Positions 45,816 to 58,732 of a stretch of DNA of 64,000 nt are shown piece after piece. Both the position numbers and the translations under genes were made by a program. The stretch is from assembly GCA_963693365.1 (NCBI GenBank), contig CAVNZM010000002.1:6275943-6339942 (forward strand), written 5' to 3'. The stretch's first letter is position 1. Each line of letters starts with the position of its first letter. Below the pieces are notes generated by a model that was not told where the DNA came from, did not search any database, and saw nothing but the letters and a program-made list of their open reading frames with translations. The stretch is from Amoebidium appalachense. Taxonomy: Eukaryota; Protista; Ichthyosporea.

Positions 45816-47092
45816 CGATCCCTGACGGGGTTAGGGCCCTCGCCCTTCCCCATCTTTCCCTCCTTCTCCTTTCCCTTTTTCCCCTTCTCGATCTGCGCAA
45901 ACAGCTTAACCGTCGTAGCCTCACGCGCCAACAGCGCGTTTGCACGGACCAGCGTGGCGCTCGATGTGCTCTTGCCTAGTACCGAGGGGCAGTAGCTGAG
46001 GCTGTAGCCGGGCACGTTCACATAGGCGTCCAAATCCATGACCCGGCGGAGGAGGCGCTCCGTTGCATCAAGGAAGAGGAACTTGGGCCCACACTGTTTG
46101 ATGCCCACATCGATTGCATCAAGGATGACAGAAGCCTCATACCACGCAAATGCTTTCTGGGACCCTGTGGCCCTTGCCTTCGCAAACGTGCCAACCGCAA
46201 ATGTGGTGACCAAGTCGCGCCCGGTAGAGTAGTCGCCGTAGGAGATATTGTCGTTGATGAAGTTGTGGCCCAGATAACCTTCCTCCGAGAACGAACCTGC
46301 AATTCTTCCCAAATCCGCCGGTTTCACTGCGAATTGCAAAGTTTCCTGCACTGGCTCTGCGGGCACCACACGAGCCGTCTTGGCAATCTTAACCGTTTTG
46401 CTGTCTTGGAAGTACACCCCTGCCGCCGCCATCCATGAATCGGAAGGGTCCGTTATCCACTCCTCTGGAATAGACTCACTCAACTGCTGCTTAGCTGGAG
46501 CGGGCTTAGGGCGAAGACGAAGGGACTCAACCGTGGCTCTGCCCTGCTTGGCACCGTCGTTTTGCGAGTCCTCGGCCAAGAAGCCCCCCAAAAACGCCTG
46601 CTGGTGCCCCCACTCACCCCTGCCTGCCGTGCCCGTGTCGTCTCCGCTCTCTTTAGGCTGCTTGGTTGTGCCGGGAATATCTTGACTGGGCTGGTAGGCA
46701 TGCACAAACCGATAGGGCGATGGTTGCTGGTTGGTGACGACAACCTTCTGAGCGATATAAGCCAACAGCTCCCAACCCTCGTCTCTCTGCCCCTCCAAAC
46801 TGCCGAGGTCAAATTTACACAGCTCGAGCACGTGGCACAGATAGTCCACCTGCTCCTTGGTGGGAGGATCGGACACGTCTCCCTCCTGGGCAACTACCCT
46901 GTCCAGCAACGCTGCTAGCAGCCTACGAAAGACCAACCACCGAGAGGAGGATGGGCTGCGAATATACGCCACGCCCCGCTCAATCACTATCACCACTGCT
47001 GTCGACCACGAGGCCGTGTTCACCTGGCTGTCAAGAAACCCCTCTGCTTGCCTCTCCAGAATGCGACTTTCCTGTGCGTTTCCGGCTGCCAT
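45812..47092 (-). CDS. ORF1, gag-like protein of the YR retrotransposon
   Basis: First ORF after repeat A1, ~426 aa with a basic KGKKGK tail. Its TGA overlaps the ORF2 ATG (ATGA). The gag call is positional only. Confidence 0.75.
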   Translation of the reverse strand: MAAGNAQESRILERQAEGFLDSQVNTASWSTAVVIVIERGVAYIRSPSSSRWLVFRRLLAALLDRVVAQEGDVSDPPTKEQVDYLCHVLELCKFDLGSLEGQRDEGWELLAYIAQKVVVTNQQPSPYRFVHAYQPSQDIPGTTKQPKESGDDTGTAGRGEWGHQQAFLGGFLAEDSQNDGAKQGRATVESLRLRPKPAPAKQQLSESIPEEWITDPSDSWMAAAGVYFQDSKTVKIAKTARVVPAEPVQETLQFAVKPADLGRIAGSFSEEGYLGHNFINDNISYGDYSTGRDLVTTFAVGTFAKARATGSQKAFAWYEASVILDAIDVGIKQCGPKFLFLDATERLLRRVMDLDAYVNVPGYSLSYCPSVLGKSTSSATLVRANALLAREATTVKLFAQIEKGKKGKEKEGKMGKGEGPNPVRDR

Positions 47093-47108
47093 GATTGCGA
47101 AAAGAAGC

Positions 47109-47568
47109 AAGAGAAAGCAAGAGCAAACCGTAAGGCACCAACTAATCAGACTGAGGTCTCAGCTTCTGCCCCTTTACACAAGGTGCCACCAAACCAAGAA
47201 AACACCCAAACAGCCTAATTATTACCTTATCACGTTGCTCCCTCCCCTTTTTTCTTTTCACCTACACACTAGCTCTAAAAACAAGAACTGAACGAACGAC
47301 GCCCACAGCCAGCTCTACAAAGCTGGTGCGCGGCTCACTCACATTTTTAGAACAGTGGAAAAGCCACCAATCATATCACCTATCTACTGATAACTACGGA
47401 TCACTTCATAACTATACCTGATCTATGTCCAATCACTAAAGATACATACGACTGAGCTTAACATTCTACCCGTTAGGGCCAATCAGCTTGCACCGCTATG
47501 TAGCCGTTACCGCCGACTGACCGAACACGTGTCATCTCTCACCGCTGCCTCCTCCCGCGCGAGAACAA
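47109..47568 (-). repeat. Split direct repeat A1 (460 bp)
   Basis: Matches 41611-42070. Confidence 0.95.
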
Positions 47569-47941
47569 CATGGCTATCACGGTTCCAATAAACTTAGTGA
47601 GCCAATCGGGTGACAGTACTTGACTATGTGTGTAGCGATGCATTCCACAGTCATACCTCACGGCTACTTGCATATTTTCCCATGATAAAACTATAACTTA
47701 ACGCTCATGGTTCCTCTACTACGTGTCGGTCCCATGCGACTATTATATCTGTTTTCCCATGAATAATCCTGCAAGCTGCACGTGCACATATGTTTAACTC
47801 CATGCTCATGCGCACAAGACTGGGGGGGACATGCATACTGGCCTACCTAAGATCAAACACAGTGGTATACATACATGTACACGTGCGCGTATATCTCAAC
47901 CTGTGTACATCCATACTAGATATCCGGTATAATATACCACA
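47569..47941 (-). repeat. 5' LTR, outer part (distal U3)
   Basis: CATGGCTATCACGG...ATACCACA matches 36754-37118 and is followed by the TSD GGGCC. Confidence 0.95.
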
Positions 47942-49072
47942 GGGCCTAATAATCGTTTCTGCTGCATTGTGTGTGTTTGGTGGAATACAAAGTGCAAATC
48001 AGTCACTTACTATGGGGTGGTAAGAGCAAGAATCGTGTTTTGACGACATGGGGATGTGAGCCGAATGCCCAAAGTTTGCCCCGATTTGATTGGTGGGGTT
48101 CAATGGCTGACATGCCGAACCAACCAAAACGAGGCAGATTTCACCATGTGGCTCACATTCCAATTAAAACACGATTCTTGCTCTGACCACCCCATAGTGC
48201 ACTACACAGTGCTTATGTCCTTAGTGTAGACGCTCGTGCTATCTGGAGGTGTACATGTGCCTTCAACTTGACCGGCCGGGCCACAGTTTTTGCATGTGTG
48301 TGTGTGTGTGTGTGTGCCCGTGTGCTCGCACATGTGTATGAGTGTGTGTGTCACAGTGCGTGTGTGTGTGCGTGCGTGCGCGCGCGTGTGTGTGCACTTT
48401 TGCCTTCCAAATCCTGTGTTTGTGTTTGTGAATGCGCATTTTATGGGTACGGTGTGTGCGTGCCTCTATTGTTTGTGTGTGTGCGTGGGCGCACGTGACA
48501 CTGTGGCATTTGTTTTGTATGCGCTTGATAAGTGTTTTTGTTCGTGTACGTGTACGTGCATGTGTGTGTGTGCATGTGCATGTGCGTGTTTGTATGTGTT
48601 TGCACGCGCACGGGGGGGGGGGGGGGGGGGGCAAAAGGATATTGTTCCAAGTTCTCTGTCCTTGCATCATTACAGCTCTGCATTGGTCCGTATTACACAT
48701 CATCCCTTATGGGTAACCACATTACGCTTTACGTTCCGTATGTTGTTATCTAAAGGTGTGTAGAACAGTAAAGAAATGATTTGATTCGTCATTAAACTTA
48801 ATGGGTTTAAGAATATTGAAGGGTGCCATGAAATTGTCGTTTTCAATCCACAGCTGTACAACCATTACATGCAACGCGCGTTCTTACTCAACCATTATTC
48901 GAACCTTTTCTCATATATCACATAATTTCATGCTTATCAGTTATCAATAGCACTATTCACAAACGCCCAGCACTAAAAAAAGGCAAGGATATCAGCCAGG
49001 CAGAACGTTTTCTTAAAAATATCTTCCGGTCATCTCACTACATGCAGGAGGAAAGAGGCACTGAACAGTTTA

Positions 49073-49121
<49 letters not shown>

Positions 49122-49214
49122 AAGAAAAAAGAAAAAAAGAAGAAACAAACAAAACAGTGTGGACGAAGCATGCTGAGCAAGCAGACTCTATTGCATTCTG
49201 CCAGGCAATGCTTC

Positions 49215-49261
<47 letters not shown>

Positions 49262-49297
49262 ATACCCGGGCCCCAATCACACACACACCCACCCACC

Positions 49298-49993
49298 CTA
49301 TTGGCCCTGCTTCTCACCCTCCTTCCCCTTCAGAAACTGCAACATGCTTGCCTGCTTCCCACCCGCCCCGCCACCAGCCTTTTTTTGCCGTGCCCTCAAC
49401 ACGGCCACCATAGCATCCACATACAACGCCACGTGCTCACCCTTCAGCGCCTTAAACCTTCTCATTCCCTTTGTCGTTGCCCGCTTCACCATTTCCAACT
49501 TAACATTATGGCTACCCTTGAATCTCGCTATGTTGACTCGCTCCAAAGCGTCGCTGCAAAAGTTTCCAGGAGTCGAAACACTATCCAGCCCTTCCCTTGC
49601 CAAAAACTCCATCGGTGTGTACATCTCATCTTTTACAAACGTACCCTTCAACCCGTTTTCTTTGCGATTTTGCAACTCGTCCCACAAATCTGGTTCCTGT
49701 TTCCTCCGTTTGGGGGCGTGTTGTGGTTGGCTGGGGCCTGTGTTTGATTCCTCTGGTTCCGGTTTTTTGACACCGTGACCGATTTTATCGTCTTTATCCT
49801 TTTGGGCCTCCTGCGGTATGTGGTGGAAAGAGAAAGTGAGCGGGCGACTGGTTGTTTGCTGGTGGCTGATTGTCATAGGGTAATGAGCCAAGAATCTAGT
49901 AGACGGTTTCGATGAAGGTATGAGCAAAATTCAACAAAACAAAAGAAGACACAAAAATTAAATGCAAAGAAAAGGAAGAGAACTTGAGGGAAA

Positions 49994-50028
<35 letters not shown>

Positions 50029-50388
50029 AGATGCCGAGCCGCACAGAAACCAGAACAAAAGGCAACGAAAGCAGAAAAACCACAAGAAGTAACGAAATCC
50101 CGAAGAAAGAAGGAAAACCCAACCGAACAACCAATGCCACAATTCCAGGAGTATAACATTCGAAGTTTTCTGTTTCAGCTGCAGATATCGGACTTCCCCC
50201 CCCCCCCCCCCCCTCATCCCTCCACATACTAAACGTACCTGCCAAGCCTCACAAACCACTGTGTGTCCCCCCCCCCCCCCCCCCCCCCCCGCTTCTCCCT
50301 TCCCCCGGACAAGCACACACCAGATACCCCCCCCCCCCCCCACACACACACACACACACCAGATACCGCCCTCCCCTCTGCTGCCCCC

Positions 50389-50419
<31 letters not shown>

Positions 50420-51542
50420 ACCACCATAACCACCACCACACATGCACACACACAACATGCCCCTGCACACCCACACCAAGTAGTCCCCCACCTCTACCCA
50501 CTACCCCACCCACATACCCACCTACCCACACCAACGACTCTCTCACATCTCCCTTCAACCATCATCCCACACCCGCACCCGCACCCGCTCTCCCGCAAAC
50601 GCACATGCAGTGCACACACCTTGGCCGGCTGCTTTTCCCTTGCCGGGACCACCTTTAACCCATCAAGCTGCACGGCTGCTGGCTGGTTTGGTGCAACTGG
50701 GCCCGTGCATTTTTCAAAGGCAGGGGGAGGGGTTGCAGGTCTATCCAGGTGCTCTGCAGGTTGCTGTGTGTGCTGTTAGAACATGACTAAAGCAAGAATG
50801 TGTTGGTTTATGCTTTGCACCGAAAACAAAATGGCGCAAGGCAGGTCTTTGCGATACCCTTGTTTGGCGGGTTGACTCTTACAGTCATTGCCAGGGCGAA
50901 TCAAAAACTCCTTTGTAAATTGCACCATGGCCGGCCAACCATTTGACGGCAAAGACCTAGATTTGTGCCGATCGGTGGCAGTTTTCCGTGCAAGCATGTT
51001 GCGTGTGCCCTTTGTTCCCATCCCTCATTCCCCCTTCCGCCACCTCTTACTTCTTATCACGTCAATGAACTTTCCCCAAAGGGTTAGGGTTGTGTGTGAA
51101 TATGTGTGTTAGAGAAGGGCTGTTTAGAGAAGGGCTGTTTAGAGAAGGGCTGTTTAGAGAAGGGCGCCCAGGGGCGGCGGGAGGTTGGGGAATGGGGAAA
51201 TGGAGAGAGTAACGACAAATCCCCCCCCTCCCCCCTTTTCCCACTGTGCCAGTGGATACCAGAAGGCCTCTTTGTCATATGGTCATATGATTTGGGATTT
51301 GGGGGGGGGGGGGGGTTGAGTGTGGGGGAATGGCCAAAAGCGTACATGCACACACTAGCACGCACGCCCACACGCATGCGCGCGCACACAGCCCCATGCA
51401 AGCCCACACACATATACAGGCATGAAAAAACACTTTCATTTTCACACAACCACAGGCCCCATTTTTTACATTCGTGGACACGCCCTAACGCGCACTAATA
51501 ACTACCAACCCACTCGCTTCCCAAAACACCCCTAGATTACAT

Positions 51543-51573
<31 letters not shown>

Positions 51574-51702
51574 CCTTGGCATCATCCTTCCCCTCCCTGC
51601 TCCTCTTATTGTTGACTTTCAGTATCTCAACCTCCTCCAGAATGACCCGGGCATGTCCTCGGAGCACCCCCAATAGGTGAAGCTCTTCCGCATTGAGTGT
51701 CA

Positions 51703-51779
<77 letters not shown>

Positions 51780-51964
51780 ATTCTTGCGCCTCTCCGGCGA
51801 AGGGGGGGGGGGTTGTCACGTCAATGCCATCCACATAACAGATCAAGCGCCATAAACCTGAACCCAGCCACTGGTAGGGGCATCGTATGGCAAACTGGTG
51901 CGAAGGAAACTACAAATATAATAATAATAACGAGAAAGAAACTTTAGTTTTTTTTTTTGTTTTT

Positions 51965-52014
<50 letters not shown>

Positions 52015-52461
52015 CTTCAGACATTTCAGCATGCCTGTCATCCGTAAAGACATTAGCAAATATCCATGACAATGTTCATTTTACTTGGCAAGATCGATCC
52101 ATGTAAAGTGATGGAGTGCGACCACGACATGCCTGCCCTAACTATAAATGGAATATACCACCTCGACTGATTGGCTGAAAATCAGGCTCGTTCAGTGTCT
52201 CTGTTTTACAAGCAGGAAGCACCACCACCTGCAACCACCATCTGCCTCTTTAGGAGAATGCCTTTTGTCGCACCAGCAACAGAGATAGCACCCTACCAGC
52301 ACAACAGATACCCTATGCACACGAAATAACTAACACATGTGCCACAGTGTAAGACATACCGCTCTTAAGGTGTCGTAGCCGTTTGCTCCAAAACATGCCG
52401 CATACTGCGACATGCCCAACCCCTCCAGCCAGCCATCCACCGTGAACCCCTTGGATTCCAT
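49298..52461 (-). CDS. Uncharacterised SAM-domain protein with C-terminal PIP-box-like motif (4 exons, ~299 aa)
   Basis: Exons 52461-52360, 51706-51575, 50772-50620, 49810-49298 are in frame. TVDGWLEGLGMSQYAACFGANGYDTLRAVLTLNAEELHLLGVLRGHARVIL follows the SAM pattern. PKRRK is NLS-like and QASMLQFL lies near the C-terminus. Confidence 0.8.
51107..51165. repeat. 15-bp minisatellite (TGTTTAGAGAAGGGC) x4, intronic
   Basis: Directly visible. Confidence 0.9.
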
Positions 52462-52585
52462 TTTACAGCCCTGTAAGCCAAAACGCATGGGTCAGTCTTT
52501 CGTTGTGCATCCAACCACGTGCTGGGTCGGTGCAATCACGCGCCCTGAAGGCCGCACGAGGGCTTGTGATTGGCCAGCCGTGATC

Positions 52586-53573
52586 AATAGACAGCCACCA
52601 GCCAACCGCTATAAAAAGACAGCCACCAGCCAACCGCTATAAATAGACAGCCACCAGCCAACCGCTATAAATAGACAGCCACCAGCCAACCGCTATAAAA
52701 AGACAGCCACCAGCCAACCGCTATAAATAGACAGCCACCAGCCAACATCACTATAAATAGACAGCCGTCAGCCAACCGCTACACATAGACAGCCACCAGC
52801 CAACCGCTATATAAAGACAGCCACCAGCCAAACGCTATAAATAGACAGTTGCCAGTCAACCGCTATAAATAGACAGCCACCAGCCAACTGCTATAAATAG
52901 ACAGTCGCCAGAAGACTACATTGCTAGAAAAGAACAGCCACCAGTCAACCGCTATAAATAGACAGCCGTCAGCCAACCGCTACACATAGACAGCCACCAG
53001 CCAACCGCTATATAAAGACAGCCACCAGCCAAACGCTATAAATAGACAGTTGCCAGTCAACCGCTATAAATAGACAGCCACCAGCCAACCGCTACAAATA
53101 GACAGTCGCCAGAAAACCGCATTGCTAGAAAAGAACAGCCACCAGTCAACCGCTATAAATAGACAGCCACCAGCCAACCGCTATAAATAGACAGCCACCA
53201 GCCAACCGCTATAAATAGACAGTCGCCAGAAAACCGCATAACTAGAAAAGAAGAGCCACCAGCCAAAGCTATAAATAGACAGCCACCAGCCAAAAGCTAT
53301 AAATAGACAGCCACCAGCCAACCGCTATTAATAGACAGCCGTCAGCCAACCGCTATAAAATAGACAGCCACCAGCCAAAGGCTAGAAGTGCACAGCCGCC
53401 AGCCAACCGCCTTTAACGGACAGCCGCCAGTCAACCGCACTGCTAGAAATAGAAGAGACAGCCACCAGCCAACCGCTGTAAATAGACAGCCACCGCGCAA
53501 CGCTACAGGCAGATAGCCGCCGGCCCACCGCTATAAATAGACAGCCACCAGCCTACCGCTATAAATAGACAGC
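52586..53573. repeat. 28-bp tandem array (~35 copies; AGACAGCCACCAGCCAACCGCTATAAAT) with a 201-bp higher-order repeat
   Basis: The unit is directly visible. The variant block starting CTATAAATAGACAGCCGTCAG..CTACACATAG recurs at 52751 and 52952. Confidence 0.95.
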
Positions 53574-53754
53574 AGCCAGACACCACCTTCCCCACACGGA
53601 GCACTACGAAAACACAGCCCATACCTGTTCAGGTGGTTGGGCAAAACACTCCGATGGCACGTCCAAGCTGTTGCTGGAGAACAGTGGGGGCTTGTCAATA
53701 CCAAACAGAGCAAGGGCAGCTCTAGATTCTTGTGTTCGTGTATGTGTGTTACAA

Positions 53755-53810
<56 letters not shown>

Positions 53811-54920
53811 CGCGCGCGCGCGTGTGTGTGTGTGCAGGAAGCCTGAAGGGATTCCGAAGCACTCATGCACTAACGTGCACACACAGAAACACACACACAC
53901 AAACACACAGATAAGCGTGTACGTGCAGAAACACAGGAACCACACAATGGTGGTCGCTTCTTTCAGTAAACACTCGACCAGCGATCTCACAGAAAGAAGG
54001 TGGTGGGCCCACCAAAGGGCAGGAAAGTTGAGCTCAAAACAGGACGGGTACGGGTAAACCGACATACAGACACTATTAAGGCTCATATATACGTAAACTC
54101 GGCAATTTAAAAGGCCAAAAGAAGTGCACGAACATGCATAGAAAGAGGCGAACAGACGTGCATATGTTGGTGGCACCGTGCACAAGCAAAAAACTAGAAC
54201 ACTGTCAGACCCTTTCTTGGAAGTATGTGTGTAATGCCCGCAGTCACACACTTGAACAGGTACGAATTGAACTTCGCTACTTGTTATGGTGGCGCTGCGA
54301 CATTCTCCCATAAAGCAGAGCAACTCAAGAGGAAATGGAATGAAGCTGCAAACGCGCACAAAATTACCTTACTTTCTTCGCTCTGTTGGCAAGCCAAGCT
54401 TAGGCCAGATCACATAGCCTGAAGTGAAAAGATGATACAAGGATTTGCCGGGTCAATGTGCGTGAATGTGTGTGTATGGATGTGTGTGGGTGCACGCACG
54501 TGTGTGTCTATATATAAAACTTGCCCTCAGACGGTTGCAACAAAGTCGAAGTGACTGGCAGTGGTTGGCGCCAAATAATCTCCCGCCAAAATGCTGTTTA
54601 TGCGTCATGGTGACGTCAGTCGTTTAGTGACAAATCACGTAACAAAATTAGAACGTTAAAAAAAAAAAGTAAAGTTTGACGCCCGCCACCATGTCATCAG
54701 CTCCATCCGACCGGAGTCGTGACCAGCAGGAAAAAAGTTGTGAAAGTTTTCCGTCTGCTACAGTGGTGTCTGCTCTCAGCTTTGAAATCATCCGTTTTCC
54801 CCCACTTACCTACCCCTTCCATTTGTGCACGCACACCTTCCTGATGTTGCCGCCCCGCAAGTGGGTGTGGAATAAGAAGTACGCCAGCCTGACCGCCACC
54901 CATTGAAGCCCATCGCTACC

Positions 54921-55475
54921 ATGTTGTCGACTCTTTACCGTTCTAGCGGTGTGGCTGCGATGCGCACACACTCACACGTACATGTGCGTGCGTGCGCAAC
55001 GAGTGAGCGTGAGGCGTTTGAGCGCGTGCCTGTGGTGGACTTAGGGCGGCCGCGCTCAGAGGTGGCTGAGGAGCTGGCGTGGGCGTGCAGACACGTAGGG
55101 TTTGTCTACATTGCAAACCACGGGGTGCCCCAGGACCTCATAGGTGAGTGTGCGCGTGCAGGTGTGTGTATATGCTTGCTTGCGCGTCCGCCTCCTCTTT
55201 TTCGCTTGCAGATGTGTGCTACAATGTTATTCTTGCACACGCACCTGCAGGTATACATGTACCAGGTACAAGGCAGGTCTATACATGACAGTGTGTGCGT
55301 TCCTCTCCGCTAGTGTTCGCTACTGGGGAAAGGGAGATATGGTTCGTGGAAGGGAGGAGGTTTGGGATGTTGTGGGTGGAAGAGGAAAGGGTGGGGGAGG
55401 GGTGATAGATCTGCGAGACATGGCTGTGGGCAATGACGGTCGTGAGTTGTTTTTTTTTGTTGGATTGTCGAGGAC

Positions 55476-55520
<45 letters not shown>

Positions 55521-56338
55521 ACTCAGCACCGGTTGTCAGCTTGCACTAGCTTGTGGCTGCACCTTGTGCGCACGCCCCTCTCCCCTCTTCCCCGTTGCCC
55601 GTTTTGACTTGTGTAATTCGTACTCTTATAACACACACTATCCCCCCTTTCTCCTCTGCGTGCGTGCCTTTAAGAGTGCACTTCCCTTTTTTTTTTTTTG
55701 TTCTTCCCCCCCCCCCCCCCCCCCCCTCCCCGCACTCCCTTCACGTGGTTTGGTTAGTCGTGCCTAAATTACAATCTTTCTAGGGCTGCCCATTCCCCTC
55801 CTTTCCCCCCCCCCCCCCCCCCCCTTCCCCTCAGTCACCCTTCTAGTGTCTGAATCCCTCTTTTCCTCGCCTCCCTCTCCCCCTCCCCCCTCCCCCCTCT
55901 ACAGCCCCTCCCCCCCACGCCCCTTCTCCTTGGACTAAGAACGAGGCCAGGGTCCCTCCTTGTCTCTTACACATTTTCTGTACCTTCTGCAGACACCACG
56001 TTCGACTATGCGCGCCGCTTCTTTGCACTTGACCGTGCAGCCAAGGCCCGTGCCAGCAACAAGCAGGCAGGCACTGGGGGTGTGCGGGGCCACTTCTATC
56101 TTGCCGAGGAGATACTGAACGAGGAAGAGAGGATGGAGAACTACCGGGGGGATTTGAAGGAGGGGTTTGACGTGGGGAGGATCCTGGGTGAGGGCACACC
56201 GGAGCACGGCAGCTGGATGGCTGGCACAAATGTCTGGCCGGATGAAGGCGTACTGCCTGGGTTCCGTGAGCACATGGAGGTGGGTGGTGGTGCGGGGGTA
56301 TGGGGTGCTTGGGGGTGTGGATGTGTGTGTGCGTGTGC

Positions 56339-56404
<66 letters not shown>

Positions 56405-56456
56405 ACGCGCGTTGGCTTCGACACCGGCTAGAAACGGGGGGGAGGGTTGAGAGCCC

Positions 56457-56523
<67 letters not shown>

Positions 56524-57353
56524 AGTGAAGGTCGTGAAGAACGAATGAAAATCAAAGAGCTTCCGCAACGAATACAGCGGTGGGCAGCGGGGATGGTGGG
56601 TAGTGCTTGTTGGGGGGTGGGGTGTTGTGGGGGAGGTGGGCGGGGGTCTGGGTGAGTGAGAGCAAGCGAGAAGGAAGGAGGGAAGGAAGAGAATGCATGG
56701 ACTGTACTGGATGTCCTTTGTTAAATGTCATACAGTGTGGCTACACTCCAGTGCTGCAGTTTGGCGGCCCGTCCCCCTTCCCCCCTCATGCCCCCCCCGC
56801 CTGAGGACGGGCTCTGCTTACTCTTGTGTATGGTTTGCATTGTGCCTTGTTTTCCGTTGTTTATGTGTACATCGTACTTTATGGCACATCAACCGCTTCC
56901 CCCCCCCCCCCCCCCCCCCCCAACACACACACACACAAACACGTGCCCCCCTCCCTTCTTACCCCCCCACCCCCCACGCCCCTTCCCCCCCCGACTTAGG
57001 TATCGACGGGGGAGCTTCCTAGAAGCCCCGTCTCCTGAGTTCCTATCTATATTTTTCTTGCTTCTGCTTACTGCTGCAACTTTAACCCCCGGCCTTTCCC
57101 ACTGCCCTTGCCTGCATAAGCAACCCTGCTCGTCTCTGATCAAGACGGGTGACCTACTCATGTTCAAGTGAAACAGTATCTGAGTTGGGTTTCGTTAACG
57201 AGGGGAATAGGTCGAAACTCGGGTACTGTGGATGACGTGGGCCCCCCCTGAGGATGGGCTCTGCTTATTATGCATACTCTTTATGTATGGCTTGCATTCT
57301 GCATCGTGTTATCCGTTTGTTCTTGTGTACTTCGTACTTTTTGACGCATTCAA

Positions 57354-57386
<33 letters not shown>

Positions 57387-57811
57387 CTCCCCCCCAACAG
57401 GCCTACTACCAGGAGCTGCAGGGCCTTGGCCGTCGGCTGGCGGGCCATCTTGCCGAAAGTCTGGGTCTGCCCAGTGCCCACTTTGCACCCATGCTGACCC
57501 GTCCAATGAGCACCCTCCGCCTGCTGCACTACCCCCCTCAGAGGGAGAACTTCGACACCCAGGCACTGCCCGCGCCCCCCTTCCCCCCTCCCCACCACCG
57601 CCACCGCTAAGTACCACCACTACCAGAAAGACACACTCTGGCTCTTGCGTGCTTTGTACGTCAGTTTTTGCATGTTATTCATTCAGGGTCCGTGTTTTCA
57701 GCAGTGCATTTTCCACATAAACACAGACACGCACCTGTGTACACTCTCGCACGGGTGCACGCACACGCATACATACAACAGACGCACGCACGCACACACA
57801 CACACACACAC

Positions 57812-57854
<43 letters not shown>

Positions 57855-58645
57855 GTTGACGGCGTACTGCATTCGTCTTTGTTTAAATCTGTGTAGCAAT
57901 CCTCTTTGTTTGATTCTGTGTAACACATTCTGCTCCCCCTCCCCCTGCGCCCCCCCTTCCCCCCCCCCCCCCCCCCCACCACCACCACCACCACAACCCC
58001 TTCACCTCCGCCACGGCTTTCGGTTGAAATTCTCTGACGTCTTTCCCACTTCTATTTGGACTCTTCACTTAGAACCATTCAATGCCTGTGTGGTTGCCAT
58101 GATGGTAATTATGCTCTAGAATTATTCATAACGGAGTCACCTCCTGGATGAGACCTTATCCCCTGAGCAGCCACCCACATTCCCACATTCCCACATTCCT
58201 TCTCACATCACATGTTTCCCTTCCACGTGCACTGACGTATTTCATGCAGGTTGGGTGTGGTGCACATACCGACTATGGGCTGTGCACGATTCTTGCCCAG
58301 GACGGACCAGGTTTGCAGGTGCGCAACAGCAGAGGGCTGTGGGTGGCAGCCCCACCACTGCCCGGGACGTTTGTGATCAATCTGGGGGACATGATGAACA
58401 GATGGACCAACGGTGTCTATGCCTCCACAGGTATGAACCCTCCCCCCCCCCCCCCCCCCCTGCCGCCACTGCTGGGCGGTCCGTGTATCTTAGCCTGCAT
58501 GTCTGTTTCCCCCCCCCCTCCCCTTTATTGCTGTTGTTGTTGGTTGTTTGCTCTGTGTGTATGTGTGTGTGTGTGCGTGTGTGCATGTGCATGTGTGCAT
58601 GTGTGTGTGTCATCGAGGCGCGTGCACACACACACACACAATTTT

Positions 58646-58732
<87 letters not shown>

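Larger units (their letters stand above)
41286..47572 (-). mobile_element. Tyrosine-recombinase retrotransposon with split direct repeats (Ngaro/PAT layout A1-ORFs-B1-A2-B2)
   Basis: On the - strand A1=47568-47109, B1=42374-42075, A2=42070-41611, B2=41589-41290. It carries gag-like, RT/RH and YR ORFs. CATG occurs at both ends and at the B1/A2 junction. Confidence 0.95.
36508..47941 (-). mobile_element. Ty3/gypsy chromodomain-type LTR retrotransposon (pol-only) with a nested YR retrotransposon in its 5' LTR
   Basis: TG...CA LTRs, 5-bp TSD GGGCC at 36503-36507 and 47942-47946, and an intact RT-RH-IN-chromodomain ORF between the LTRs. Confidence 0.97.

Noticed and set aside
52586-53573. CRISPR-like array (28-bp repeats)
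   Set aside because: Units are head-to-tail with no unique spacers, there are no cas genes, and the context is eukaryotic.
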